Assembly (NCBI GenBank): GCA_963826785.1
Contig: CAWGYD010000005.1
Coordinates: 288,001-352,000, forward strand
Direction: 5' to 3'
DNA: 64,000 nt
From: an uncultured delta proteobacterium
Lineage (GTDB): Bacteria > Desulfobacterota > Desulfobacteria > Desulfobacterales > Desulfosalsimonadaceae
Numbering within the stretch: position 1 is the stretch's first letter; each line of letters opens with the position of its first letter. The notes under the pieces were generated by a model. It searched no databases. It was given only the letters and a program-made list of their open reading frames with translations, and was not told the origin of the DNA. This document shows, in pieces, positions 1 to 9,463 of the stretch. Position numbers and translations under genes: made by a program.

Positions 1-1033
1 CATCCAATGCCTGGCGGTCATCGATAGCCGTATACCGGACCCGCTCAAGGTCTTTGAGCAGGGAGTGCTCCGGGCCCACGCCGGGATAGTCGAGGCCTGC
101 GGAAATAGAATGGGCTTCTGTGATCTGGCCGAACCCGTCCTGGAGTACATAGGACTTGGAGCCGTGCAGCACACCCACCGATCCGGCGCACAAGGTGGCC
201 GCGTGCTTGCCGGTGTCGATCCCGGTGCCGGCGGCTTCTGCGCCAAGCATCTCCACCGGGTCGTTTAGAAACGGGTAGAAGAGCCCCATGGCGTTTGAGC
301 CGCCGCCTACACAGGCCACCAGGAGGTCGGGCAGGCGTCCGGCCATTTCCATGATCTGGGCCCGGGCTTCTTCGCCGATGATTTTCTGGAATTCCCGCAC
401 CATTAGAGGGTAGGGATGGGGGCCGGCCACGGACCCAATCACGTAAAAGGTGTCCCGCACCGCGCTCACCCAGTAGCGAAGGGCCTCGTTCATGGCATCC
501 TTTAAAGTGCCGGTGCCGGAGGAAACCGGGACCACCTGGGCGCCCAGCAGTTCCATCCGCTTCACGTTGGGGGCCTGACGCCGAATGTCCTCTTCGCCCA
601 TGAAGATTTTGCATTCCATGCCGAACAGGGCTGCCACTGTGGCGGTGGCCACCCCATGTTGACCGGCGCCGGTTTCCGCGATCACCTTTTTCTTGCCCAT
701 CCACCGGGCCAGCAATGCCTGGCCCATGGTGTTGTTGATCTTGTGCGCCCCGGTGTGGGTGAGGTCCTCACGCTTGAGATAAATGGCGGCGCCTCCGAGC
801 TTGCGGGTGAATCGCTCTGCAAAGAAAAGCGGGGTGGGACGGCCCGCATAATGGGTCAGTAGATCGGCCAATTCCCGTTGAAATGCCGGGTCGGGCATAT
901 ACTTGAAAAAAGCCGATTCCAGTTCGATCAGGGCGGGCATGAGGGTTTCAGCCACGTAGCGGCCGCCATAGGGGCCGAAATGCCCCCGGACATCCGGATG
1001 ATCTGTGGTCGTGTAATTTTGTTCTCGGTTCAT
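1..1033 (-). CDS. trpB: Tryptophan synthase beta chain (3' end runs off the window)
   Basis: Manual translation from ATG 1033: [33 protein letters not shown]..., later [14 protein letters not shown] and AETGAGQHG; frame absent from the ORF track because it has no stop in the window. Confidence 0.96.
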   Translation of the reverse strand, partial: MNREQNYTTTDHPDVRGHFGPYGGRYVAETLMPALIELESAFFKYMPDPAFQRELADLLTHYAGRPTPLFFAERFTRKLGGAAIYLKREDLTHTGAHKINNTMGQALLARWMGKKKVIAETGAGQHGVATATVAALFGMECKIFMGEEDIRRQAPNVKRMELLGAQVVPVSSGTGTLKDAMNEALRYWVSAVRDTFYVIGSVAGPHPYPLMVREFQKIIGEEARAQIMEMAGRLPDLLVACVGGGSNAMGLFYPFLNDPVEMLGAEAAGTGIDTGKHAATLCAGSVGVLHGSKSYVLQDGFGQITEAHSISAGLDYPGVGPEHSLLKDLERVRYTAIDDRQALD

Positions 1034-1746
1034 CGGAAAATTCTCCTTGGTTGGGTATGGATGCGGCATTTTGAAACCGTGCGAATGAATGCCGCCACTT
1101 TTTCGATATCCTTGCGGCCCGGCGATGATTCCACCCCGGAGCTTACATCCACCGCATCCGGGCAGGCGTCCATGATGGCCTTTTCCACGTTGTCACGATT
1201 CAGTCCGCCCGCCAGGACAAAGGGATGGGTTTTTCCAAACGGGCGGGCGTCATGCCAGTTCCAGGTGAGCGCATTGCCGCCGGGCAAGATCCCCTTCTGG
1301 CATTCCAGCAGATACGCCGAGGCGCGGTATTGATCCGCGTCAGAAAAAAAGGGGGGATGTTTCATGTACAATCCCTTGATGACGGTCAACCCCTGGCGCC
1401 TGATTTGCGCCACCAATTCGGGGGGCTCACTGCCGTGAAGCTGGATGGCATCCAGCCCGCACTTTTCGGCCGCCGCCATGATGGCCTCAAAGGGTTCGTC
1501 GACAAACACCCCCACACGGGCAATCGGCGGCAAAAGCCGTTTGCAGATATGTTCAGCCTGCTCCGGCGTCACATAGCGGGGGCTTTTTGAATAAAAAACC
1601 ACGCCCACGGCATCCGGTTCGAGGCGGGCAATTGCCTCTGCCTCGTCGATCCGGGTGATCCCGCAGATCTTGACCTGCGGTGCACGTGTCGCAGATGTGG
1701 CTGATGGAGGTTGAGATTGAGCTTGAGCTGCTTGTTTATGTTTCAT
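1030..1746 (-). CDS. trpF: Phosphoribosylanthranilate isomerase
   Basis: [24 protein letters not shown] motifs; ATG 1746 preferred over the TTG 1785 that abuts a repeat. Confidence 0.93.
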   Translation of the reverse strand: MKHKQAAQAQSQPPSATSATRAPQVKICGITRIDEAEAIARLEPDAVGVVFYSKSPRYVTPEQAEHICKRLLPPIARVGVFVDEPFEAIMAAAEKCGLDAIQLHGSEPPELVAQIRRQGLTVIKGLYMKHPPFFSDADQYRASAYLLECQKGILPGGNALTWNWHDARPFGKTHPFVLAGGLNRDNVEKAIMDACPDAVDVSSGVESSPGRKDIEKVAAFIRTVSKCRIHTQPRRIFR

Positions 1747-1780
1747 ACGATTGGCTCTGATGTCTTTGTTCGGGAGGTCA

Positions 1781-2106
1781 AACACCCCCCTTTATCCCCC
1801 CTCACAGGGGGGAATTTTTTATGAATTTATTTCCCCTCACATGGAAGGCATTCAATCATTCCTCTATCCGGTTTCACACATATATATCAAAAATCCCCCC
1901 TCGAGGGGGGTTAGGGGGGTGTCCCGCCCTCTCAAATCTCCCCCCTCGAGAAGGTGCCCCGCCTCTCAAATCCCCCCCTCGAAGGGTGCCCTGCCCTCTC
2001 AATTCCCCCCTCGAAGGGTGTCCCCTCGTCCCTCTCTAAATCCCCCCCTCGAAGGGTGTCCCTCTCTCTCAATTCCCCCCTTGAGGGGGGGCAGGGGGGT
2101 GTTCCG
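1781..2106. repeat. Family-C palindromic REP cluster with tandem degenerate units, inside the trp operon
   Basis: ACACCCCCCTTTATCCCCCCTCACAGGGGGGAATT, then repeated AATCCCCCCTCGAAGGGTG units, ending AATTCCCCCCTTGAGGGGGGGCAGGGGGGTGT. Confidence 0.85.
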
Positions 2107-2132
2107 CCCGATCAATATATCTTTTGATGAAG

Positions 2133-2930
2133 TCAGTGTGTCCCCTTGAGTTCACGCAGAAAACTTGCCGGGTCTTCGGACCGCACGAGGCTTTCCCCGA
2201 TTAAAAAATGGAAGATGCCGCTCTGCAGGGTTTGTTCGATGTCCTTTCGCGTTGAAATCCCGCTGGCGGCCACGGGGATGCGGTCTTGCCCCAGGTGGCC
2301 CACCAGATCGGAGGCGGTCCGGATGTCGGTTTCAAAGGATTTCAGGTTCCGGTTGTTGATGCCCACCAGCTTTGCGGAGGTTTCCCGGATCCTGTCGATG
2401 TCATCCATGGTGTGGATCTCCACCAGGGCGTCGAGACTCAGGGCGCGGCAGATGTCGAGGTAGTCGCGCAGCTGGGCCCGGGAGAGGATCCGCACGATCA
2501 GCAGGACGGCATCCGCACCGATCACCGCAGCCTCGAAGATCTGGTATTCGGAGATGAAAAAATCCTTCTGCAGCACCGGCAGATTCGTGGCGCTTCTGGC
2601 CGCCTGAAGATCATCGATGCTACCCTTGAACCAGAGGTCTTCGGTGAGCACCGACAGGGCGGAGGCGCCGCCGCGCTCGTAGGCCGAAGCGATGGCTTGC
2701 GGGTCCAGGTCCGGCCGGATATCCCCCCTGGAGGGCGATGCCCGCTTGATTTCGGCGATAATATGGAGGTGATCCGGGCCGAAATCTTCCATGGGTGCGA
2801 TAAAAGGCCGTCGGGCATCTGCCTCTTCGGCTTCGTTTCGGAGGCTGGCCTCAGACCTATGCTTTCGTTTGCCCGATACCACCTCTTGTTTATATTCCAC
2901 GATCCGGCTCAAGATGTCGCTGCTCATCAT
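2133..2930 (-). CDS. trpC: Indole-3-glycerol phosphate synthase
   Basis: IIAEIKRASPSRG, LSVLTE, KDF, GINNRNL motifs. Confidence 0.96.
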   Translation of the reverse strand: MMSSDILSRIVEYKQEVVSGKRKHRSEASLRNEAEEADARRPFIAPMEDFGPDHLHIIAEIKRASPSRGDIRPDLDPQAIASAYERGGASALSVLTEDLWFKGSIDDLQAARSATNLPVLQKDFFISEYQIFEAAVIGADAVLLIVRILSRAQLRDYLDICRALSLDALVEIHTMDDIDRIRETSAKLVGINNRNLKSFETDIRTASDLVGHLGQDRIPVAASGISTRKDIEQTLQSGIFHFLIGESLVRSEDPASFLRELKGTH

Positions 2931-3943
2931 CCGTTCTCCCGGGTGTAGGCGATGAGGGCATCGAGTTTTTCGGCGGCCTTACCGCTGTCGATGGCCCCTT
3001 CGGCCAGATGGATGCCGCCGGCGATATCACCGGCCTTGCCGGCGGCCACCAGGGCGGCGGCGGCATTGATAAGGATAACGTCTCGTTTGGGGCCTTTTTC
3101 TCCGGAAAGAAGCTGCCGGGTGATAACCGCATTCTCGGCGGGATCACCGCCGACAAGTGCTTCGGGGTCTGCCAGCTGCCCGAAATAGAGTTCCGGGGCG
3201 AGATCATAGGTGGAAATTCCCTTGTCATTGACCTCGGACACCCGGGTGGCGGCACAGACGGAGATTTCATCCAGGCCGTCATGGCCGTGCACCACAAACG
3301 CCCTCCGGGTTCCCAGCAGCTGAAGGGCACGGGCGAACATTTCGGTAAGTTCCGGTGCGAATACCCCCAGCAGCTGGCAGTTGGCTGCGGCCGGATTGGT
3401 CAGCGGACCCAGCATGTTGAAGATGCTTCTAATGCCCACCTGCTTTCGGGCATTGGCCGCATGCCGCATGGCGCCATGGAAGATCGGGGCGAACAAAAAG
3501 CCGATGCCGATTTCGGCAATGGCTTCCTCCACCACTTCGGGTGCCGTATCGAGCTTCATTCCCAGGGCTTCCAGCAGATCCGCGCTGCCGCACTGGCTGG
3601 AGACGGAACGGTTGCCGTGCTTGGCCACGGTCACCCCGCATCCGGCGACGACAAAGGCGGTGGTGGTGGAAATATTGAAGGTCTTTGCAGCGTCTCCCCC
3701 CGTGCCGCAGGTATCCACGACAACAGGTGCATTCACCTCGATCCGGGCGGCCTTTCGCCGCATGGCCGCGGCCGCTCCGGCCAGCTCCTCGAAGGTCTCC
3801 CCCTTGGTGGAAAGCGCTCCCATGAACGCGCCGATCTGGGCGTCGGTGAGGGTGCCGGAGAAGATCTCGGTCATCATCTCGGACATCTCCTCCCGGGTCA
3901 GGTCCTGGCGATGGATGATTTTGTTCAGGTACTGTTTAAACAT
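2927..3943 (-). CDS. trpD: Anthranilate phosphoribosyltransferase
   Basis: DTCGTGGD, NISTT, KHGNRSVSS, GLDEIS motifs. Confidence 0.97.
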   Translation of the reverse strand: MFKQYLNKIIHRQDLTREEMSEMMTEIFSGTLTDAQIGAFMGALSTKGETFEELAGAAAAMRRKAARIEVNAPVVVDTCGTGGDAAKTFNISTTTAFVVAGCGVTVAKHGNRSVSSQCGSADLLEALGMKLDTAPEVVEEAIAEIGIGFLFAPIFHGAMRHAANARKQVGIRSIFNMLGPLTNPAAANCQLLGVFAPELTEMFARALQLLGTRRAFVVHGHDGLDEISVCAATRVSEVNDKGISTYDLAPELYFGQLADPEALVGGDPAENAVITRQLLSGEKGPKRDVILINAAAALVAAGKAGDIAGGIHLAEGAIDSGKAAEKLDALIAYTRENG

Positions 3944-4517
3944 GGCTGTTTTCCTCCCCTTGAATGAAATTTCGCAAAAGGCGCTTGCCCACAGGCGTCA
4001 TGATCGATTCCGGATGGAACTGGATCCCCTCGGTGGGATGCGTCCGATGTCGAAGCCCCATGATTTCCCCCTCATCCGTCCGGGCAGTGATTTCCAGGCA
4101 ATCGGGCAGATCGGTTTTCGAAACCGCCAGGGAATGGTACCGCATGGCGGCAAACGGCTTGTTGATCCCTTTGTACAGCTTTTGGCCGTCGGCAGTCACC
4201 ATGGAGGTCTTGCCGTGCATGATCTTCGATGCGGAAACGATTTTTCCGCCAAAGGCCGCGGCAATGGCCTGGTGGCCCAGGCAGACGCCCAGAACCGGCA
4301 CCCGGCCCGAAAAATGCCGGATGACGGCAATGGAAAGACCGGCCGATTCCGGTGCCCCGGGGCCGGGGGAGATGACAATCGCCTTGAGGGGCAGTTCCTC
4401 CAGATCCTGTATGGAAAAGGAATCGTTTCTGAAAACCCGGACCGCTTCGCCCAACTGCCGCAGGTACTGGACCAGATTGTAGGTGAATGAATCATAATTG
4501 TCGATCATCACGATCAT
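3936..4517 (-). CDS. trpG: Anthranilate synthase component II (glutamine amidotransferase)
   Basis: IDNYDSFTYN, SPGPG, GVCLGHQ, QFHPES motifs. Confidence 0.96.
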   Translation of the reverse strand: MIVMIDNYDSFTYNLVQYLRQLGEAVRVFRNDSFSIQDLEELPLKAIVISPGPGAPESAGLSIAVIRHFSGRVPVLGVCLGHQAIAAAFGGKIVSASKIMHGKTSMVTADGQKLYKGINKPFAAMRYHSLAVSKTDLPDCLEITARTDEGEIMGLRHRTHPTEGIQFHPESIMTPVGKRLLRNFIQGEENSHV

Positions 4518-4540
4518 GGAAATCTCCTTAGACAGTGGCC

Positions 4541-6025
4541 CTATTTACGGGCCGAGATCAGGGCCAGGGCCTTTTCGATGGCCATGGCCTTGTTGACGGT
4601 TTCGATGCGCTCTTTTTCCGGCACCGAATCATAGACGATGCCGGCACCGGCATTGACGGTCAGCTTCCCGTTTTTTACGCAGGCGGTGCGGATGGTGATG
4701 GCCAGATCCATGTTGCCGGAAAAGGATATGTAGCCCACCGCGCCCCCGTAAGGCCCCCGAGGGTATTCCTCCAGTTCACTGATGATTTCCATGGCCCGGA
4801 TCTTGGGGGCGCCGGACAGGGTGCCGGCCGGAAAAGTGGCCTGCATCAGGTCCCATGCGTCCAGGCCCGTATCCAGGTCGCACCGGATATTGGATACCAG
4901 GTGCATGACATGCGAATAGCGCTCCACCACCATCAGGTCGGTCACCTGCACGGTCCCGGTCTGGGCGATCCGGCCCAGGTCGTTTCGGCCCAGGTCCACC
5001 AGCATGAGGTGCTCGGCCCGCTCCTTTTCGTCCTTGAGCAGTTCATCGGCCAGCGCCCGGTCCTCCTGTTCGGAGCCGCCCCGGGGCCGGGTGCCGGCAA
5101 TGGGGCGCAGGGTGGCCACACCGCTTTCCAGGCGCACCATGGTTTCAGGCGAAGACCCCACCAGGGCGGTGCCGTCCAGGTGGAGGAAGAAGAGGTAGGG
5201 AGACGGGTTGATGTAGCGCTGGGCCCGGTAGAGTGAGAGCAGGTTGTCGGGCGCCTGGCAGGAAAACGGCTGGGAAATGACGGCCTGGATGATATCTCCG
5301 GCCTTGATGTGTTCGATGACGGTCTTTACTTTTTCGCCGAAATGCGCCCGGGAATAGGGGGAGGTCAGGCTATGCAAATGATTTTCAGTAAAAGGCGGAT
5401 CCATTGGTATCGCGCCCTTCATGCGTGCCTGAAGGGCATCGATGCGGGACAGGGCGGCCGCGTGGGCGCTGTCGGCATCGGGGTGGTCATCTCCAAAAAC
5501 GATGGCGACAAACATCAGGGTGTTTCGAATATTGTCGAAAATAAGCATCTCATCCGGAAGAATGAAATGGATCAGCGGCTCACTGTCGGGAAGGTGGTGG
5601 GGAATCTTTTCGATCAGGCTTACCGCCTCGTATGCGATAAATCCCACCAGTCCGCCCCAGAACCTGGGCAGGTCGGGCAGTACCGCCGCATTGAACTTTT
5701 CCATGTAATCTCGCAGCAGATCAAAGGGCCTGCCCATGTGGGCCATGCGCTCGCAGCCGCCATTGCTGCTGATCTCCAGGTGATCTTTATAAACGCGCAG
5801 ATGGGCCCGGGCCGAGGTGGAAAGGAAACTGTACCGTCCCCATCTTTCGCCTCCTTCCACACTTTCAAACAGAAATGCAGGCCCGTTTTGCGAGTAGATC
5901 CGGGCCAGCACCGAGACCGGTGTTTCCATGTCGGCCAGGATTTCACGGCAGACCGGAACCACGTTGTGCCGGGAATACAACTGCTTAAAGGTGTTTGAAT
6001 CCGGAAACTGTCTCAATCGCATCAA
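4541..6025 (-). CDS. trpE: Anthranilate synthase component I
   Basis: ESVEGGERWGRYS, NPSPY, PIAGT, EHLMLVDLGRND, PAGTLSGAPK motifs. Confidence 0.96.
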   Translation of the reverse strand: MMRLRQFPDSNTFKQLYSRHNVVPVCREILADMETPVSVLARIYSQNGPAFLFESVEGGERWGRYSFLSTSARAHLRVYKDHLEISSNGGCERMAHMGRPFDLLRDYMEKFNAAVLPDLPRFWGGLVGFIAYEAVSLIEKIPHHLPDSEPLIHFILPDEMLIFDNIRNTLMFVAIVFGDDHPDADSAHAAALSRIDALQARMKGAIPMDPPFTENHLHSLTSPYSRAHFGEKVKTVIEHIKAGDIIQAVISQPFSCQAPDNLLSLYRAQRYINPSPYLFFLHLDGTALVGSSPETMVRLESGVATLRPIAGTRPRGGSEQEDRALADELLKDEKERAEHLMLVDLGRNDLGRIAQTGTVQVTDLMVVERYSHVMHLVSNIRCDLDTGLDAWDLMQATFPAGTLSGAPKIRAMEIISELEEYPRGPYGGAVGYISFSGNMDLAITIRTACVKNGKLTVNAGAGIVYDSVPEKERIETVNKAMAIEKALALISARK

Positions 6026-6104
6026 CTTTTCCTTTTTCTGTTATGTTTCGCTTCAGAAAAACCTTTTTACCAATACCGGCTTGCCGGAACACCCCCCTGA
6101 CCCC

Positions 6105-6577
6105 CATAAGCGCTAACTTAACGCATAGTATCCCCCCCGTAATCATCCTTTATGTCATTCCGGCAGTCTTTTAGCCGGAATCCATCTAAATGATTGCGGG
6201 ATACAAATCCTCCCAATCGGGATTCGTTCTCTCAATCAAATGCATTTTCCACTTTCGTTTCCAGTCTTTCAATCGTTTCTCTCGCTGGATAGCAGATTCC
6301 ATACTTCCATGAAGCTCATACCAAACCAAAAAATGGACTCCATACTTTTTGGTGAACCCTTCCACGAAATTGTTTCTATGTTCCCAAACTCGCTTGATGA
6401 GGTCGGAGGTCACACCGATATAAAGGGTGCCGTTTCTTTTATTTGCAAGAATGTATACCGCTGGTTGCCTGTTCATTTCGTCTTCCTGGATTCCGGCTTA
6501 AAGACTGCCGGAATGACGCTCTTAAGAGGAACGACAAATTAGAAGATATTGCATCGGTCATTAAGTTAGCGCTTATG
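6105..6577 (-). mobile_element. Element B copy 1: non-autonomous IS231-like cassette carrying a REP-flanked GIY-YIG gene (473 bp)
   Basis: Perfect 17-bp TIR CATAAGCGCTAACTTAA/TTAAGTTAGCGCTTATG; 11-bp direct repeat CCCCTGACCCC at 6094-6104 and 6578-6588. Confidence 0.9.
6186..6476 (-). CDS. Stand-alone GIY-YIG nuclease family protein
   Basis: AVYILANKRNGTLYIGVTSDLIKRVWEH...AIQREKRLKDWKRKWK; flanked by inverted hairpins 6154-6184 and 6487-6518. Confidence 0.92.
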   Translation of the reverse strand: MNRQPAVYILANKRNGTLYIGVTSDLIKRVWEHRNNFVEGFTKKYGVHFLVWYELHGSMESAIQREKRLKDWKRKWKMHLIERTNPDWEDLYPAII

Positions 6578-6683
6578 CCCCTGACCCCCCTGCCAGGGGG
6601 GAATTAAGGGGTGGCGTGCCTTCACCGTGAATGTCAGTTCCTTTTACAAAAACACCGCACTGCGGGGTGGGGTGCTTTCAAAC

Positions 6684-6762
6684 AAAAAAAAAGACCGTGG
6701 ATGTTTCCACGGTCTTTTATGCACAAAAAAACCGTGGGCTCTGGGGTGCCCACGGTTTTTTT
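6684..6762 (-). terminator. Tandem intrinsic terminator hairpins of the trp attenuator
   Basis: Minus strand: ACCGTGGGC-loop-GCCCACGGT+T run (6725-6762) and AGACCGTGGA-loop-TCCACGGTCT+T run (6684-6718), just downstream of the Trp-rich leader. Confidence 0.8.
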
Positions 6763-6804
6763 AAATCTTTATGTCAGGTAAACGGCGCTTCCGTCGGCAG
6801 GCCC

Positions 6805-6876
6805 CTAAAAATCAGCCCGCCACCACCAGAAGCAGTGGCCCGATGTGCATTTATTTGATCGAATGTTTAATTTCAT
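6805..6876 (-). CDS. trpL: trp operon leader peptide MKLNIRSNKCTSGHCFWWWRADF
   Basis: Manual translation; three consecutive TGG codons upstream of terminators and trpE. Confidence 0.85.
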   Translation of the reverse strand: MKLNIRSNKCTSGHCFWWWRADF

Positions 6877-6921
6877 GTCTGTACTCGTATCGCTCTTTCA
6901 AGGGACAGAATCGATGCCCTG

Positions 6922-7106
6922 TTTCGGATTCCCCGTGAGGAAATTTTCGGATTCCTCGTGAGGTAATTTTCGGATTCCCTCCGCGAGGAAATTTTAAGAT
7001 TACCCCTGCGATGCCAATTAAGATTTTTCCCTTGAGGCCTATTTTAAATTCCCCCCTTGAGGCCCATTCCAGATTCCCCCCTTGAGGGGGGCAGGGGGGT
7101 GTTCCG
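6922..7106. repeat. Degenerate ~23-25-bp tandem array ending in a family-C REP
   Basis: TTTCGGATTCCCCGTGAGGAAA-like units grading into ATTCCCCCCTTGAGGGGGGGCAGGGGGGTGTT. Confidence 0.75.
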
Positions 7107-7284
7107 CTCGTTTCAACACAAATAATTTCGGGCGAATTTTTTGTCAAGCAATTTTTTGATCTCCGACGTGCCTACAATCCCTATTCCATGTAAAAGCATG
7201 GAAAAAAGTTGTGATGATCGGTTTGGCATGTCATAAAGATGAAGCTTTATTCCTTGGATCTGTCTGAGAAAGAAAGAGAAGTCG

Positions 7285-8539
7285 ATGATCAGTGAAATTC
7301 TGGCCACCGGAGATGAAATTTGCCACGGTACATTCGTGGATACCAATTCCGCCCATATCGCCCTGGCCTTGCGGGAACTCGGGATCGAAGTCGCCCGTCA
7401 CTCCTGCGTGGGCGATGATCTGGGCATGCTGGTGAAGGTGATGAAAGAGATCGGCGGGCGCGCCGATATCGCCGTGGTGACCGGCGGGCTGGGACCCACC
7501 ACCGACGATTTGACCGCACAGGCCGCAGCCGCGGCAGCAGGGGTTGAGCTCAAGCTCGACCCGAATGCGGCGGATTCCATCAAAGCGATCTTCGACCGCT
7601 TCGGCCGGTCCATGGCCGACTCCGACCTCAAGCAGGCCATGCTGCCCGAAGGCGCCGCGGTCATATACAACCGGGCGGGAACCGCCCCGGGATTTTCCGT
7701 CAAGATCGGAAAATGCCGGTTTTACTTCCTGCCGGGCATTCCATCCGAGATGGAAAAAATGCTCCTCGATGTGATCGCTCAAGTCAGGGAGGCGGCCGGA
7801 TACGTGTCCCTGTACAGCCGGACCCGGCAGTTGTCGGTGTTCGGGCTGCCCGAGGCCCGGATCAACGATCTGCTGGCGGAAGTGGAACGCACGTGCCCGG
7901 GCGTAAAGCTGGGGATGATTGCCCGGTTTCCCATTATTTACGTGAAACTGACCGCCGGTGGGGATCATCCTGCCGAAGTGGATGCCCTGCTGCTTCAGGC
8001 AGTGGAATATGCGGCTGCACGGCTGGGTGATCACCTGTTTTCATTGTCCGGCCTCACCATGGAAGAAGAAGTTGGAAATCTGCTGCGGAAGCGCGGCATC
8101 ACGGTTGCGGCGGCGGAAAGCTGCACCGGGGGCCTGGTGGCCCACATGCTCACCAATATGGCCGGCAGCTCCGATTATTTTCTGTTTTCGGCGGTCACCT
8201 ATTCGAATCAGGCCAAGGAGAAAGTCCTGGGTGTAGCCAATGAAACCCTGAGTCGTTATGGCGCGGTTCATGAAGAAACCGCAAAGGAAATGGCCGTGGG
8301 CGCCCGGCGGGTTTCAGGAGCGGATGTAGCGGTTTCCACCACGGGAATTGCCGGCCCCTCCGGCGGATCGGATGAGAAACCGGTGGGAACGGTCTGCATC
8401 GGAATCGCCACGCCGGATCAAGTCGCGGGCAAACGATTCAATTCCCCATTTCAGGGATCGGCTGTACAACAAGCAGATCTTTGCCGTATGCGCCCTGGAT
8501 TTCCTGCGGCGGATGCTTCTTGCGGAAAAACAAATGTGA
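7285..8539 (+). CDS. cinA: CinA / nicotinamide-mononucleotide deamidase (apparent +1 frameshift near 8455)
   Basis: ATGDEI..G..DTNS, TGGLGPTTDDLT, AESCTGG, TGIAGP; C-terminus (DRLYNKQIFAVCALDFLRR) continues in another frame to 8539. Confidence 0.9.
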
Positions 8540-8622
8540 TTCAGGTTGACTTTAGAGTGTACACTTATTAATTTAAATGTACACTTTGTAAAATTAAGGT
8601 CAACAGTCGAAAGGACTGCAAC

Positions 8623-8856
8623 ATGGAAATCAATGTCAAAGAAGCCAGATCAAAGATCAGCGCCCTTTTAGACAGAACCCGCAAGGGGGAGGAAATCATT
8701 ATTGTGCGACGGGGCAGAAGGGTTGCGCGACTCGTCCCTTTTGACGTGAAGGAGAGGCGACTGCCCGATTTAAGCGACTTCAGGTCCTCGATCGCGATAA
8801 AAGGGGATGCCCTCAGTCAGATGGTCATTCGGCAGCGCAATGAGGAACGTTATTGA
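8623..8856 (+). CDS. Phd/YefM-family antitoxin
   Basis: MEINVKEARSKISALLD...GEEIIIVRRGRRVARLVP; two TGTACA palindromes upstream (8557-8583). Confidence 0.88.
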   Translation: MEINVKEARSKISALLDRTRKGEEIIIVRRGRRVARLVPFDVKERRLPDLSDFRSSIAIKGDALSQMVIRQRNEERY

Positions 8857-9281
8857 TGTTTTATCTGGATACCAGTGTGCTGGTGGCCTATTACTGCCCC
8901 GAAAGTCTGAGCGAATCGGTTCAAAAATTTCTAAGCGAACAAGTTAAGCCGGGTATCAGTTCTTTGACGGAAGTAGAGCTATTTTCCGCAGTGGCCAAAA
9001 AAGTGCGCACAAAGGAAGTCGATCAGGCGGACGGGAATCGTATTTTAGCCAAATTTTCTTCCCATGTGGACGGCGAATTATTTACGATGATTTCCGTGGA
9101 AAATCATCACTGGCGGATGGCCCGGGGGTGGCTCGGTCTTTTCACTACACCGCTTAGAGCACTTGATGCCATTCATCTTGCAATCGCTTCTGCCGAAGGG
9201 TTGGAATTGATCACGTGTGACAGGTTTCTTCATCAGGCTGCCGGTGCTCTGAATGTCAAGAGCCATTTCATGGATGGATGA
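8853..9281 (+). CDS. vapC: VapC/PIN-domain toxin
   Basis: YLDTSVLV...LRALDAIHLA...ITCD motifs; overlaps the antitoxin. Confidence 0.9.
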   Translation: MMFYLDTSVLVAYYCPESLSESVQKFLSEQVKPGISSLTEVELFSAVAKKVRTKEVDQADGNRILAKFSSHVDGELFTMISVENHHWRMARGWLGLFTTPLRALDAIHLAIASAEGLELITCDRFLHQAAGALNVKSHFMDG

Positions 9282-9299
9282 AATTCATAAGCGAAATTT

Positions 9300-9431
9300 G
9301 ATGAAGCCGTAAAAAGTCGGATTTTACGCTTTCGTCATTCCGGCGGAGGCCGGAATCTACTACAAACTTAGTTGGTTATAGACTCCGGCTTTCACCGGAG
9401 TGACGAACTTCGGACTTTTTACGGGTTCATC
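9300..9431. mobile_element. MITE A copy 1 (132 bp)
   Basis: GATGAAGCCGTAAAAAGTC...GACTTTTTACGGGTTCATC ends; TSD AAATTT at 9294-9299 and 9432-9437; internal REP doublet. Confidence 0.88.
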
Positions 9432-9463
9432 AAATTTCGGTAATTGAAAGGAATTGATCAAAA

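Noticed and set aside
1751..2149. Pro/Gly-rich ORFs across REP clusters (also 11848-12060, 27239-27521, 31859-32094)
   Set aside because: Translations of the family-C repeats (PPLRGGRGG), not credible proteins.
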